From contig NC_068982.1 in the NCBI RefSeq assembly GCF_001194135.2, positions 1,779,760 to 1,843,759 on the forward strand: a DNA stretch of 64,000 bases. Reading direction: 5' to 3'. Both the position numbers and the translations under genes were made by a program. Position 1 is the stretch's first letter, and each line of letters begins with the position of its first letter. The notes under the pieces are model-generated. The model saw nothing but the letters and a program-made list of their open reading frames with translations. It did no database searches and had not been told where the DNA came from. Of the stretch, positions 13,480 through 26,552 are shown piece after piece. This stretch comes from Octopus bimaculoides. Lineage: Eukaryota.

Positions 13480-13675
13480 TTTTGGCACGAGGTCAGCAGT
13501 TTCTGGGGATGGGGTTAAGTCGATTACATCAATCTCCAGACTTAACTGGTACTTATTTTATCAGCCCCGAAAGATGAAAGGCAGAGTAAACCTCGTCGAT
13601 GGAATTTGAACATAGAAATTTCAGTAAGCATTGTTCCCGGTGCCCTAACGATTCTACCAGCTCGCTACCTTCCTT
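13480..13675 (-). mobile_element. tRNA-derived SINE family B (MetaSINE-like core)
   Basis: Reverse complement carries the gaggt.tactctgcctttcatc.ttcggggctgataaaataagtaccag core, homologous to the 36711 copy. Confidence 0.75.
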
Positions 13676-13691
13676 ACTTCATAGAATAGTA

Positions 13692-13766
13692 GAAGGCCCT
13701 CCTTATTACAGCGACTGAAGGCCCTCCATATTACAGCGACTGAAGGCCCTCCATATTACAGCGACT
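13692..13766. repeat. 25-bp minisatellite x3
   Basis: gaaggccctccwtattacagcgact, three head-to-tail copies with one substitution. Confidence 0.95.
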
Positions 13767-16759
13767 TATACCGAATGCATATTCATTGTTCTCTATAAAC
13801 TATTCCCCAGAAACGTGTTCAAAAGGATCCACATCGGTTATGCTATGCTATGGGTGCATTCTATTAGAATGGTATCAATGCGTTTGGTATTTGACTTGGA
13901 ATGTATATCTCCAGACAACTGAGTAATCAGTCCTCAGCAGACGTTTGCCATTTTTACCGAAAATTCCAATTATTCCAACCTACATACAGACAACTATAGC
14001 ACATGTATCTACTTCCATAAATCTTTGTATGTGTAACGGTCTTCCATACACTCTCTATATAAGGGTAAATGATTTGTGTTTTTAAATTTTTATGTATATG
14101 CAGAGTTGAAGAATTGGTGTAACCATGATGTTCTTGTTCTGAAGAGTTAGTCTTCTATGTCAGCAATGATTTGTAAATGTAGAATTGTATGGGACAATGT
14201 GTAGGATGCGTACTAGTACATACATATATAAACAAATACATACATGCATGTGTGTGTACGTACGTACGTATCTATGGATGCATGTCTTAGGCTGTACCCT
14301 GTGTACATTGACTATGTGCAAGGAACTGGGCAAAAGCACATTCGCAGAACTATTTGAACGCCTATGTACACACACGCATATTCTCTAACAGACACACTTT
14401 TATGTGCGTACAGGAAAACTAAATAAAACATCTATTCTACGCATTCGCTGTTCTTCCTGCCTTCCACAATTCATAGACTATATCTCTCTCAACTTGTCTC
14501 TCTCTTTAACTGTTTCTCTCTTTTTCATTCTAACTCAACTTATTTCAAGGTCAGAATTTCGTCAATTAAAATTTCATCAATTAAAATTTCATCAATTAAA
14601 TAGATAGACTTGAAGTTACAAATTAATACATTTGTACTCAAATCTCTGTTGTATATTTTTAGTTATAATACAATTTACTCATTTCTGTTTATATAATCAC
14701 ATTAGACGTGACAGTTTTGAAGAAAACATTATTCCAGCAGGAATATTCGTACTAAATTATTATATTTAATACACCACAAGACAGAAATGAAGCCTTTCTG
14801 AAGACATCTCATGTCTTTCCTATTTCATGATTTTAATCATTGTATACTCATACAAACACGCAAACGCGCATACATAATTACAATTTACATGGATGTAAAT
14901 ACAGTAGTGTGTACGTTGATGTACATATGTATACATTGTATATTTGCTAACGTATTTATATGTATATTTGCTTACGATGTGTACATCGGTGTGTATGTCT
15001 ACCTATATATAAATGCAATGATTAAACTGTTTCGACAGAGGAAGAGATCTAAATTTCCTACAGCTTGTTTGGCGTGAAAATACTTTGCAACTGTTGGATG
15101 TAGATCAGAAGACTTCTATACATTTCGACGGAATGGCTCGGTATCCAGTAACATTGATTCCAACGAGATATCAGTAGTTTCTTTTCACACATGCTATAGT
15201 TTGCATTTTCCTCCTCTCTAATCCATGCAAATTCCACCCTGATCCGGGTACAGATAGGAGTATTCCTATCCTTGTTAAACTCTTTTCTGAATGATTCTAC
15301 TTTAAGGTTTAAATTTTTTTCTCACAACTTTTATATCCATGACCACAAAAAACTGCTTTTCCCTCTTAATTTCATGAATGACTTCACAGCTGTCGTTTCT
15401 CATTTTTAATATCAAGCAATTTGGACAGTGTAGATTTAGTTAATAGCCCCGGACATCCCACATCTATTTAAAATATCGTACGCAGCCATCTTCATCCTTC
15501 CAATATCTAGACACCCAGAGGGAAGCAAAGTGCAAGATATCTAGAAAGGAGAGTAATGGGTTTCATACACGGGTTAGCCTTCTCCTTGAGGGACGCCTGG
15601 ACAATGTCCAAAAATTCCTTTATTCTCAGTGGGGTTACTGCGCCTTCGGACACCAACCTGTCTATTTCTACCTCAGATCACAGGACACTTGTGAGGTTTC
15701 TCATGACTGCTACCGGTTATATGGAATCTAGTACAACCTATTTCCTGCTCTGGTTGGCGATTAGTGAGGAGGTTGCTAGAAATCCAGCAGGATTGAAGGC
15801 AAGACCTGTCAAAAGGATGGACGAACATAGTGTAGGTTTAGCGACTATCGAACAATAGTACGATCTCTGAGAATTTCCAGGTTACGGCTTGCGTGTTGGA
15901 AGCAGGTCTCTAGAAGTTATCTCTGATGTCGAACCACGTATACTGGGAAAAGCATTCCACATTTTGGGGGATCTTTTGCTTGCGTTTGATATGTCACTCC
16001 TATGTTGCTGAGCTTGCGATCCCTGTTGCCACTTGCTCTGGATTGTCTTTGGATTGGGTCACTTGAGAGCAGAAAGACTGTGAGGTGCTGTGTAAGCCTT
16101 TACTGGACCTAAAATTTTAGATTAGGCAATCGCCAGTGAGGCAACCATCCGATGCACAGTCGCGTATGCGGGCGCCGCAACAATCATGGAAGGTGCGGAT
16201 CCGAACCCGGATGAAGCCGACTTGCTGGCATTTTGCATGGACAGTGGTCAGGGATAGTCTTCCTCTGTCAGAGCGGACAGCAACCATCATAAACACAGTG
16301 AGATAGGGAGAGAGGGGGGGAGATGGAGAGGGAATGAGAGATAGGGGGAAAAAGAGGGAGAGGGAGGGAGAGAAAAAGAGAGAGAATTGGGGCCAGCGCA
16401 ATGATGTTTAAAAGCTAGCCTTTCTTGTGACTGTAACCATACTATTTAAATGACTGTCTCACGGTCACGTCAGACAGAATCCTCATAGATTCGACACTAT
16501 TCATAGATACGAACGAATTGTTTTCTCATCACTCTCTGCTTTCATCTAAAGCATGTTTTCACTTGTAAGATATTGCTTTCTGACAGTTCTGCTTGGAGCT
16601 TTTTAATTGCTTTGTTTTTCTTACATGTCATATCGTATCAATTCTATTTCTTTTGTCATATTTTTCCAGCCCGTAAGGAAATTAAAGCCGGATTATATTC
16701 CACATCATCACTATATTTTATTTATTCATTAATTCGCGTATTATTATTATTGTTGTCGG

Positions 16760-17630
16760 CGAGGTAAGACGTGTTTTCAGCGGTCCGTGAGTTTGGATTT
16801 TCTTGTGCCTTTTTTCAAGTTTCTTGACTGTTTTGTTTGTTTGTTTTCCGAACCCCTTTTGGTGTGCAGAAGGGGTTCTTTTGTTGAAAATATCCTCTTT
16901 TTAGGGGCGAATTTTGGACTTTTTGTCCATTAGAAATATTTCTAGTTTTTCGTCTAACGAAAAACAAGATGGTTTCGAGGGGAGTGGCAGTGGCTGTACT
17001 GGCCGACACAAGACTTCCCGCCTCTGAACAGCACGAGTAGCAGTGCGAATATCACTAGCAGAATCACCACGAACATGGGAAATGAAAAAGTAAGTGAAGA
17101 AAACACCGCCGGCGTCACCACTGACATGAACACAGTAGACACAAAACAATGACGAACAAAGCGGCAGCAGTTTCGCCTCGGCGGTGAAACAAACCAGAGA
17201 GAGTTAATTCATTTGACTATTGACGATTTTAAAAAATGTAAAGGGTTTGTTGAGGAAGGAAGGAAATGATATTTTCCTTAACGCCCCACAAAAACTGATA
17301 AAAGAAACAGGAAAAACTGTAATCTACAGATCATTAATTATTAAAAAAGAGTGTAGAACGAGCAACTGAACAGCAATTAGAAATTGCGTTAAAACCTGTA
17401 TGGACGAGTAAAACATATGTAACAAGAGAAAACCGCTTCGGCACTGTGGAAATACGCTTCGCAACGGAAGAAGAAGCAAAACAGCATTCCACAATACCAC
17501 TAAAGACTGAGGAATTCCTGCTCGTGCCGACGTATCTTGGTCGGGGCGTCAGTGAATTAAAAATTGGGGAGGTGCCTCCCGAAATAAATATATGCTGGCT
17601 GGTGGCGGCTGTCCCCTTTGATATAGAAGA
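16760..17630 (+). mobile_element. L1/Tx1-like LINE 5' UTR and decayed ORF1
   Basis: Frameshifted peptides SGSSFASAVKQTRE and RFGTVEIRFATEEEAKQHSTIPLKTEEFLLVPTYLGRGVSELKIGEVPPEINICWLVAAV, typical of an ORF1 N-terminal region. Truncated by a SINE. Confidence 0.6.
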
Positions 17631-17762
17631 TGAAAGGATGAAAGTTAAAGTCGACCTTTCATCCCCGAAAGAATGAAAGGCAAAGTCGACCTCGGCGGAA
17701 TCTGAACTGAGAACGTAGCGGCAGACGTAATACCGCGAAGCATTTCGCTCGCAGCCTTAATC
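17630..17762 (-). mobile_element. SINE family B, 5' part with internal duplication
   Basis: gaatgaaaggcaaagtcgacctcggcggaatctgaactgagaacg...; gaaagg...aaagtcgacct occurs twice. Confidence 0.75.
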
Positions 17763-17999
17763 TTCTGAAACATTCGATAGAATAATACTATGTGCAAAAC
17801 CAAATGTACGGCACCCTAGGCATAACACCAACATGAACTTTTAACTTGTCTGTTCAGGTCTTTCGGCGAGACTTGGAGTCAACCCTTTCAGCTCATGAAA
17901 CTAATTGCAGCAGATAAAAAAACATATATTGTGTTTATTATATAACTTTTATCGCTCACCAGGTGGAGTACTCTTTTGTTGGTCCTTCAGTATACTATA

Positions 18000-18435
18000 T
18001 AAGGGGGCTGGTTGTCTTCGCCTTATGCAGAGTCTGACCACTCCCTGTACCTACACCTTAGATCCATCATGGCGTCTGGTGTGGCTTTCTAAACAAGAGA
18101 ATGTATTGAAAAGACATCCACATAGATTGCATGTCCAATTTGGACCACTTACAGCTGCAGCTAAGTTCTGATCTTTGTAGATCTAAAACCGTCTTCTGAG
18201 GCCTCAGTTAGAATTACAGATCTTATGGCATACACGGCATTGAAAGGTGTGCACAGATTTATAGGCAGAATAGTTGGTGGAAGTTCGTTTTTCATGGGTC
18301 CGCAAATGAGATTTGAGCGCAACAAAAGAAAAGCATGGTCTGTCGCAAACTGTTCACACCAAAAGGTCTCTGACATTCACCTCATCGATCGCAACATTCT
18401 TCTTTAAATCTCCCTTGAGTCTTGCATCTGTTAAC
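18000..18435 (-). mobile_element. RTE-clade LINE 3' end with three C2H2-like fingers
   Basis: Minus frame reads *TVCDRPCFSFVALKSHLRTH, CRVCHKICNSN*GL and CNLCGCLFNTFSCLESHTRRH, followed by the short 3' UTR ggtcagactctgcataaggcgaagacaacca. Confidence 0.75.
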
Positions 18436-18487
18436 CTGGCCTCCTGAAAAACCTTCACTCCACTTCACACACACACACACACACACA

Positions 18488-18521
<34 letters not shown>

Positions 18522-18529
18522 TTTCTGTG

Positions 18530-18750
18530 TCTATCCGTCACTGCTCGACTACCAGAGTTGGCGTTTTTCCGACCCCGTTAATTAGCGGATCGATAAATGA
18601 GACTGATGCAATAATTTCCAGGCTAAAAAGTGTGTAGGGGGCGATTAAATCGACTAAATTTCTTTAAAGGAGTGCCTCAGCACAGCCCTCGCACGGCCTC
18701 AGCACGGCCTCAGCACGGCCGCAGTCTAATGACGGAATCAAGTAAAAGAT
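18530..18750 (+). mobile_element. Family A SINE 3' half
   Basis: ccgtcactgctcgactacc...cgataaatgag...ggggcgattaaatcgact...cagcacggccgcagtctaatgacgga; cagcacggcct is locally triplicated. Confidence 0.6.
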
Positions 18751-18866
18751 AGTAATAGTAATAGTAATAGTAATAGTAAAGATAGTAATAGTAACCTTTT
18801 TATTTTCTTGCAAATTTCACTTCATTCAAGATGACAAGCGATGTCTTATTCAGCTCCTCTTGTTAC

Positions 18867-18988
18867 TCTCTTCAAAGCACGTTTTTCATGCCGATATCGA
18901 CTTAAAGATGCACAATACCCAATATAAACTGCTTTCGCCTCAGAAGTTTCGGAGGACCTCCCTAGCAGTATGGGCAGAGCCGATTGCA
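18867..18988 (-). CDS. Weak candidate 122-nt exon (QSALPILLGRSSETSEAKAVYIGYCASLSRYRHEKRALKR)
   Basis: ggaattttcag| acceptor, open frame, AGA|gtaaca donor. No homology recognised. Confidence 0.15.
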
Positions 18989-20143
18989 CTGAAAATTCCA
19001 TAAAAGGTGAAAATAAATATAAGACGAAACAAATATAATTCATCAAGTAACAGAATAAATAATAAAAAAAATAACATCGAAGTCACTTTTCTCAAAGCAG
19101 TTACTGTCTGTCGAACTTAGCAATAAAGGTCTTTGAACTGATCAGCAAATATTTTCCACTCCAGCCAGAAATGACTCATGCACTTTTGCAAGAATATTCT
19201 CAGAATAGTTCTGCAATCCAATATATACAATCCAATATATACAATCCAATATATACAATCCAATATATACAATTCGTTAAAGAATGATGATACTAATTCT
19301 ATATCCGATCGACATTCTACTTCGCCTGAACTCTCTCTATCTCTATTGTTTTTTGCATCTGTCTCTCTTCAGGTGATGTCTGAAATTCAAATAACAATCC
19401 TTGATTAGTATTCACATCTTTAGAATACTCAGCTGCTTACTTGTTATTTGTACCACTAAATCCTAATCGTCGCTTCCCACTGTGAATCCGACATCACCAT
19501 CCGACATCACCATCCATAACACCAGACTGGACCAGCAGTTTAAAGCGGACAGAGACAAAGTATGTAATTTCATTACAATATCGAAAAAAGGTTCAAGAAG
19601 AAATTCTAAAGAAATACCCTACAAATATAGGCGGCGAAATGGTTGTGGACGGTGAGTAGCATAGATGTTAGAGTGCCGGACGAAATATATAGAAAGAACT
19701 CATATTTGAAAACTATACGAATTTCCGACTTATCCATCTCTAAACAAAAACAGCAAAAAAAAAAAACGATTTATACACACATTATAAAACGCAAAATGAG
19801 TTGGAATAAAGGAATAGATGTGTCAGCTTTCTAACAAAAAATTAAGATTATCAAAATATAATAATGGCGCAAAATGAGCAGCTGTCAAAGTTTACCATTT
19901 ACCTTACTACAAATTTCATACTTGACGACCTAACAAAAGGAAGTAGCTACTTTCTCACAATAAAACAAAACTCCATCTTTCCTATGTGCATGACAAAAAT
20001 GTTACACGTTGAACTTGAATGAAATCACGATTATAGACAACCGGAATGTGAACATCATTTATTGCTATGGTTGGTGTGCGTTCGTGTAACGCGAGTGTTT
20101 AAAGTACGGCAGCGTGTACACAGGTATCTTCTATGGTTTGTAG

Positions 20144-20187
<44 letters not shown>

Positions 20188-21014
20188 CTCTGAATGTTTG
20201 TGTGTATGTGTATGTGTGTGTGTATGTGTGTATATCTTTGTGTGTGTGTGTATGTGTCAGTGCATGTGTGTTTGTGTGTGTATGTATCTCTGTATGTGTG
20301 TATCTATGTGTGTGTGCGTGTGCGAGTACGTGTGGGCTTGTATTTGTGTGCATCCGTGTATGCATATAGGCAGCGGAAACAGAATCCCTTCGGTGAGATA
20401 TTTCCTGCCTTTCTGAGTGAGAAAATAGATTTTATTGTATTTAACATAAAACTTTGGAGAAGAGACAATCGTCATGGACAGGAAAACAATGACTTATTTA
20501 GAAGAAATGGCAGACGACGGAGTATCGCCCGTTGTTAACAGTGACGTCTATGAGATTGTCAACAAAGTTATCGACTTGTCACTGGCCTGTTTAGCCTAAC
20601 AATAATCTGCATAACAGGCTTTTGAGGTGCGGAGGAAACGGTTAGAAAAAAAAAAAGAGATCGTTTCATAACTGGGTCCGTTGAAAATAGTGGTTTAGAG
20701 GAGAATTGAGCACGTGTGAAAGCTGCGAGAAAAATGGGGGAAAGGAGCGGGATGGAAGAAGGGCTGTCAACCAGTAAATCACACAAGTTTCAGCCACGAT
20801 TTAAAGAATGGATGTTAAGATGAGAGACGCATTAAACGTTAATGGGTTGTGGGCGAAGGGCGAGGAGAGGAGAAGGGAAGAAGGAGAGCAGGAGCGGATT
20901 GACTTGAGAAGGATGTGGAGTAAGATGTCGGAGGTGCTGCTGCCTGTTGGCGTAGATGAAAGGGGCTTTGATTATAGTAGTGGCGTATATACGTTGTATA
21001 AAAACTAAATAATA

Positions 21015-21871
21015 CGTGGTCTGTTGCTATAGTAACAAAGCTAAAGCACGCAGAGTAAAGTCGCTTGGTACAGATTGACCTTAAACACTGATGTGCATGC
21101 GCACTAAATCTTAACGCTTTATCTTACTTACGCTGTTTACAGCAGTGCTTAGAAGGAACATGAGTAGCGTGTGTTCGTCGCATTGAACAGGACAGAGAAA
21201 GTTGAGCAAAGAACCTGCATCGAATTTTGCCAAAAGTTTGACGATACCGGCTCAGAGGCCTATGCAAAGTTTTCAAAAAGTTTTTCTTATTCTTGACACA
21301 ATCAAGGAGATCGTGTGCAACTGAAACCCGAGTGTCTTTTTGATCAGCTAAAAGCAGTTTCGGCACAACCTTGTCAGACACTTATCTCATACCCAAATCT
21401 CCAATGATAATGGACTGAACTGAACCGTAACTAGTCTGCACATCCTCCTGATAGCTCACGGATTTCTCCTCACAGTTGCACGCACATCTGCGATGTTTTT
21501 CTCAGTTCTGTTGGTTGCGGGTCTCCCAGAACGTTTGTCAATATCGACATTCCTTTCGACCTTCTTGGAAACGTTTCAACCACTCAGACACTTGTGTGTG
21601 GCTCATGCACTCCTCTCCATCAACTTTCTGCCACTTTGCGTTGGCCTCTGAACAGGTATTGCCATGACAACTTTCTCTGTCATGGTCAATGCGACTATCA
21701 CACACTATACACCTTCCCACCAAGCACTACAGCGGAAGTGAGATAGAACGTTGAAACTTAGTGCGCATGCACAGCAAAGTTTAAGATAAGTTTTTTCCCA
21801 AGTGGCTTTACTCTACGGACTTTAGCTTCGTTACTATGACAACAGTCCGCATACTTATTGATCAGACCTCA
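21015..21871. mobile_element. Mariner-derived element made of two inward-facing 5' ends
   Basis: TA at 21013-14 and 21872-73. The plus arm (to ~21270) encodes TEKVEQRTCIEFCQKF. The minus arm carries the same TIR and 5' region plus the HTH region (ECMSHTQVSEWLKRFQEGR, DKVVPKLL). About 250 bp are inverted repeats. Confidence 0.8.
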
Positions 21872-23579
21872 TATTTAAGACAGGGTTTTAAAACTGTCGC
21901 CGCATCAAAAGAGACGATAGTGGAGAAGGAATTTTGGGTACGATAGAGAAGTTTGATGTTTGCCGGAGGATGTTATAGAAGATAGAAGAATTGATTGGGA
22001 ATTTGGGGATTCCATGAAAACTGAGACACCTGAAAATTGTCAGAAATGATTGGAATGGAGAGAGTGAAATGGATTTGAAGGCGGAAAACGGAGTTATGGA
22101 AGGTGATTAACGATTTGAACAGTTCGATGGTTCAGGTGGTGTTGCCAATAGAGTCGTTGATAAAACTATTGTGTGTTTCCCCCGCATGGAGAAGGTACGG
22201 CTGTGACTACATTTAGTATCCATGAATTGGGCTGAATTCAGCAATTAAAGCATTGCAAATAAATCAGCATCGGCCAAAGAGACTGAGAGTTGACAGCGTG
22301 CAAATGAATTTCTTTTAAAAGGAATTTGTTCATTACAATTGCAGGCTGACTAAAAATGATTGTTATTTTGATAGATTCAGTAAATATGTCAACTAAAATG
22401 TCCTCATTATATTTAAGCAGGTCCATCCACAACAACATCTTACTTCATGCATAAGCTCGCAAAAAGTGCATCTTCTAATATACATCTTCTAATATAAGCA
22501 CGGCAGCTTAACAATTGACGAGTAGTCGTCTTTCATGTATACTTATAAGAAACTTGAAAGATGTACACATTTCGAACTTACATGCAAATGTCAACAGATA
22601 GCCTCAGCTTTTAACGATACCGGAAAAACATGAATTATGTGCACAGCTCAAACAATTGCTATTGTTTTCTCTAAGGCCCTTCTGCAAAGTACGAAATCCA
22701 AGAGCAGAAATTTTCAAAATAAAAAGGTAGTCTTTTTTACTTCCTTCAGCCGTCCAAATGCAGCCAGGCTCAGGCATTGCCTTGTAGGGTTTTAGTCAAA
22801 CAAATCGACCAAATACCTTATTAATACCTTATTATTTAACACACTCACCGATAAAGTTTCCACTCATTTACTTATTTATTTATGCTTTTAGGAAAAATAT
22901 AAAAGTAAATGGGTTGAAACTTTACCAGTGAGTGTGTTAAATAATAAGGCATTAAAAGAGAATGACTCTCCCCAGACACAAGAAAATATGTTTCAACACA
23001 CGAACTCACATAAAGAATCTTGCAAACCGAATCCAAAAACGAAATATATATATATATATATANNNNNNNNNNNNNNNNNNNNNNNNNNNNNNNNNNNNNN
23101 NNNNNNNNNNNNNNNNNNNNNNNNNNNNNNNNNNNNNNNNNNNNNNNNNNNNNNNNNNNNNNNNNNNNNNNNNNNNNNNNNNNNNNNNNNNNNNNNNNNN
23201 NNNNNNNNNNNNNNNNNNNNNNNNNNNNNNNNNNNNNNNNNNNNNNNNNNNNNNNNNNNNNNNNNNNNNNNNNNNNNNNNNNNNNNNNNNNNNNNNNNNN
23301 NNNNNNNNNNNNNNNNNNNNNNNNNNNNNNNNNNNNNNNNNNNNNNNNNNNNNNNNNNNNNNNNNNNNNNNNNNNNNNNNNNNNNNNNNNNNNNNNNNNN
23401 NNNNNNNNNNNNNNNNNNNNNNNNNNNNNNNNNNNNNNNNNNNNNNNNNNNNNNNNNNNNNNNNNNNNNNNNNNNNNNNNNNNNNNNNNNNNNNNNNNNN
23501 NNNNNNNNNNNNNNNNNNNNNNNNNNNNNNNNNNNNNNNNNNNNNNNNNNNNNNNNNNNNNNNNNNNNNNNNNNNNNNN

Positions 23580-23620
<41 letters not shown>

Positions 23621-23626
23621 ATATAT

Positions 23627-23783
23627 ACGACGGTCTTCTTTCACCTTCCATCGACCAAATTCACTCACAAGGCTTCGCTCGGTGCGAGGCTTTAGTAGAA
23701 TACACCTGCCTAAAGTGTCCCGAAGTAGGACTAAACCTGGAACTATGTGGTTGATAAACAAGCTTCTTACCATACAGTCATGC
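23627..23783 (-). mobile_element. Family A SINE 5' half abutting an N-gap
   Basis: Reverse complement of the head through gaaactga...ccgtcgtatat, then (TA)n and the gap. Confidence 0.75.
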
Positions 23784-23784
23784 T

Positions 23785-23995
23785 TGGTTTCAAATTCTGG
23801 CACAAGGCCAGCAATTTTAGTGGAGGAGTTAAGTCGATTACATCGACCCCAATACTCAGCTGGTACTCACATTATCAACCCCGAATGGATAAAATTCAAA
23901 GTCGACCTCAGTGGAATTTGAACTTAAAACGTAAAAACGGGCGAAATACTGTGAAGCAATTAACCAGGCGTGCTATTCATTCTGCCAGCTCACCG
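23785..23995 (-). mobile_element. SINE family B
   Basis: Reverse complement of gagctggcagaatg...gagttcaaattccactgaggtcgactttg...cggggttgataat.gagtaccag. Confidence 0.8.
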
Positions 23996-25328
23996 AACCA
24001 TTTTGCTACCAGCAATGATATTTTGCATACTCCATGTTGATATCAAATGTATATATATGCCTGTATGTATGTATGTATGTATGTATGTATGTATGTATGC
24101 ATGCATGTATGTATGTATGTATGTGTGTGTGTACCTATGTATGGGCGTGTGTGTGAAATAATCACACACACACTCGCTGTTTGCATTTTCTGCTGTTTAC
24201 GTATTTTTCCATAAATAGTAAGTTATCTTTGTCAGTTCTGTTTTTCCCCCCTCTATCATGCTTGGCATGATCTAGCGATGTAAAATGCAGATGTCTTACT
24301 CAAAGATGTACATAAGAAACTTACTACGACTGCTCAATAAACACTAAAGGATATCTAAACATTCATTTTTGTTTTTGTTTTCATTATAATGTGCTTATGT
24401 TTTCTAACTCCTGTTTATTCTCATAAAATGCGTTTAACTTTTGCATGCATTACTATCGGCTATAATAGTGTTATGCTGACATTGAGAATAAATTTTGGAT
24501 GCAAGTCTGAAAATGTTTGAAGAATATTTTAAGAAAGAAAATGTTCTCAGTATCTCTTGTTTTGTTTATCTTTATTTCTTCTTTAGTTTCCTAGTTTAAT
24601 TTTATGTTCTGCTTTCTTAAACCGACATCGGCACGTTTATATCATGACTATTCTAATAAATGTCTCCAGTTGGGACTCAAGGTCTATCATAGAAGAAATT
24701 CTTGAAAAGATGGTATTAGTTGATATCATCGGAAGTTATTTCATGGAAAGGATGAAAGTTGATCTCGATGCGATTTAAGCTTAGAATGTAAAGAACCGAA
24801 GTTCTAACGATTCTGTCTTCAAAAATATTTCATTTTGTCACTAGATTCAACCTACTTAGGCTTACCGTTTAATTTAGTTTTCTTGTATTTGGTGCTTAAT
24901 TATACGTTGTATGTAAACAGTGATTTTTTTTTCTAGATTATACATTTTCGTTAATATTTTAAAACGTTGACCCGTGTGAATCAAAAAATAATTCTGATAG
25001 TGTCCCTTGTTCCCCTTTGAGTTCAAATTATATTTTCCCTGGACCCCTACTTTCGTTACATTATATATTTCTTGGTCCGTGTTAATGATTCTATATTTAC
25101 GTCAGTGGCATAAAAAAGTCGAAATTCTGTAATACTTTCTTGGATATCAATGATATTTCTTTCCGCAATATCTCTAAGCTAACTTTTCTTTGATGATATC
25201 CATTACAGAATCAACTGAGTGTGTGTGTGTATGTATGTATGTATGTATGTATGTATGTATGTATAACAAAAGCGGTACTGTCTTTCCAAGAAGGGAAAAA
25301 TATAGGCAAATTTGTGGTTGAAAATGCA

Positions 25329-25887
25329 CCTAAATTAGAAAAACTTGTAATTGTTTGAAATATATTTATTTATAAATATACCAATCTAGTTTCAACAATA
25401 TGTTCTGTTTATCAATGGTAAAAATTTAGAATTATGAATTCTTTAACGAATCAAAAATCGAATCCGCTCCGGGAAAAAGAATTATAAATACACTGGATTC
25501 CAAAACACCTTTACAAGCAAAACTTCCTCCACACGACGGAAAGAGAATCACAAAAACTGTAAACCGAATCCCTTCTTTTACTATCTTCATTTCCCCCTTG
25601 TTGTTTCTCCCTCTTAACTCCGTATGACTGAAACTTTGATGATATTTATTTCTTGTCGATCACTAAACACTTTTGAACTTTCTACATTTAAACAAGTTGA
25701 TGCACAGTTTTTTTATTATTGAGTGTTATGAACATTTAAACTTGTCAACATTGAAACTTTTAAACATGTTTTTCTAAGTCATAATTCTAAATTTTTACCA
25801 TTGATAAACAAAAAATATTGTTGAAACTAGTTTGGTGTCTATGTAAGTAAATGTGTTTTAAGCAATTACAAGTTTTTCAAATTTAGG
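25329..25887. mobile_element. Foldback/MITE-like element with ~110-bp inverted repeats
   Basis: 25329-25437 (cctaaattagaaaaacttgtaattg...tttagaattatga) is the reverse complement of 25779-25887 at roughly 85% identity by eye. Confidence 0.7.
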
Positions 25888-25981
25888 ATATATATATATC
25901 TGCGCATGTGTTAATCATATATATATATATATATATATACATGTGCGTATGTTAATCATATATATATATATATATATATAT

Positions 25982-26552
25982 GATTAACATACAGTGAGGA
26001 CGAGTAACCAACCAAAAACTCGAGTCCGTGTGTATCACGTAAGGCTAGAGACTGGAGCGATGACCTCCCCTCGCAAATACTAATCGGACAAAGACTGTAT
26101 CGTTTGCCAGCTGGAGGAGATGTCTTCCTGGAACTATAAACGTCAGTAGCACTGTCCTGTATAGGACGCCACACTTAGCTGGCAAATATATGTTTAATTC
26201 CGTACCGCTACTGTTTATATCTAGCTCAGAGATTTAATATAACATATCTCTCTCTTTTACGAGATCAGCGACAGTTGGTCACTAGAAAAGTATGCAGTAA
26301 TTTGCGAGTGGAACGAGCTTTCATCACTAGCTAGTGATTAACACGCGCCAAGGACGAGTAAACCACCCAGAAACTCGAGTCCGTTTGTATTACGTAAGGC
26401 TAAAGATGGGATCAATGACCTCCCCTCGCAAATGCTAATCAGACACAGAATGTGTGTCGTTAACCAGCTGGAAGAGATGTCTTCCTAGGACTATAAATGT
26501 CAGTAGCACTATCCTGTATGGGATACCACACTTGGTTGGCAAATATATGTTA

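Noticed and set aside
13692-13766. CRISPR-like array (also the 67-bp repeat at 61957)
   Set aside because: Units are head-to-tail with no spacers, in a eukaryotic context with no cas genes.
15556-15858. APE endonuclease suggested by LRDAW and SDH
   Set aside because: The spacing between the motifs is far too short and the intervening RID/RLD motif is absent.
21950-22260. Decayed PLE GIY-YIG fragment on minus (LHAGET-like)
   Set aside because: Needs several frameshifts to see; too weak to call.
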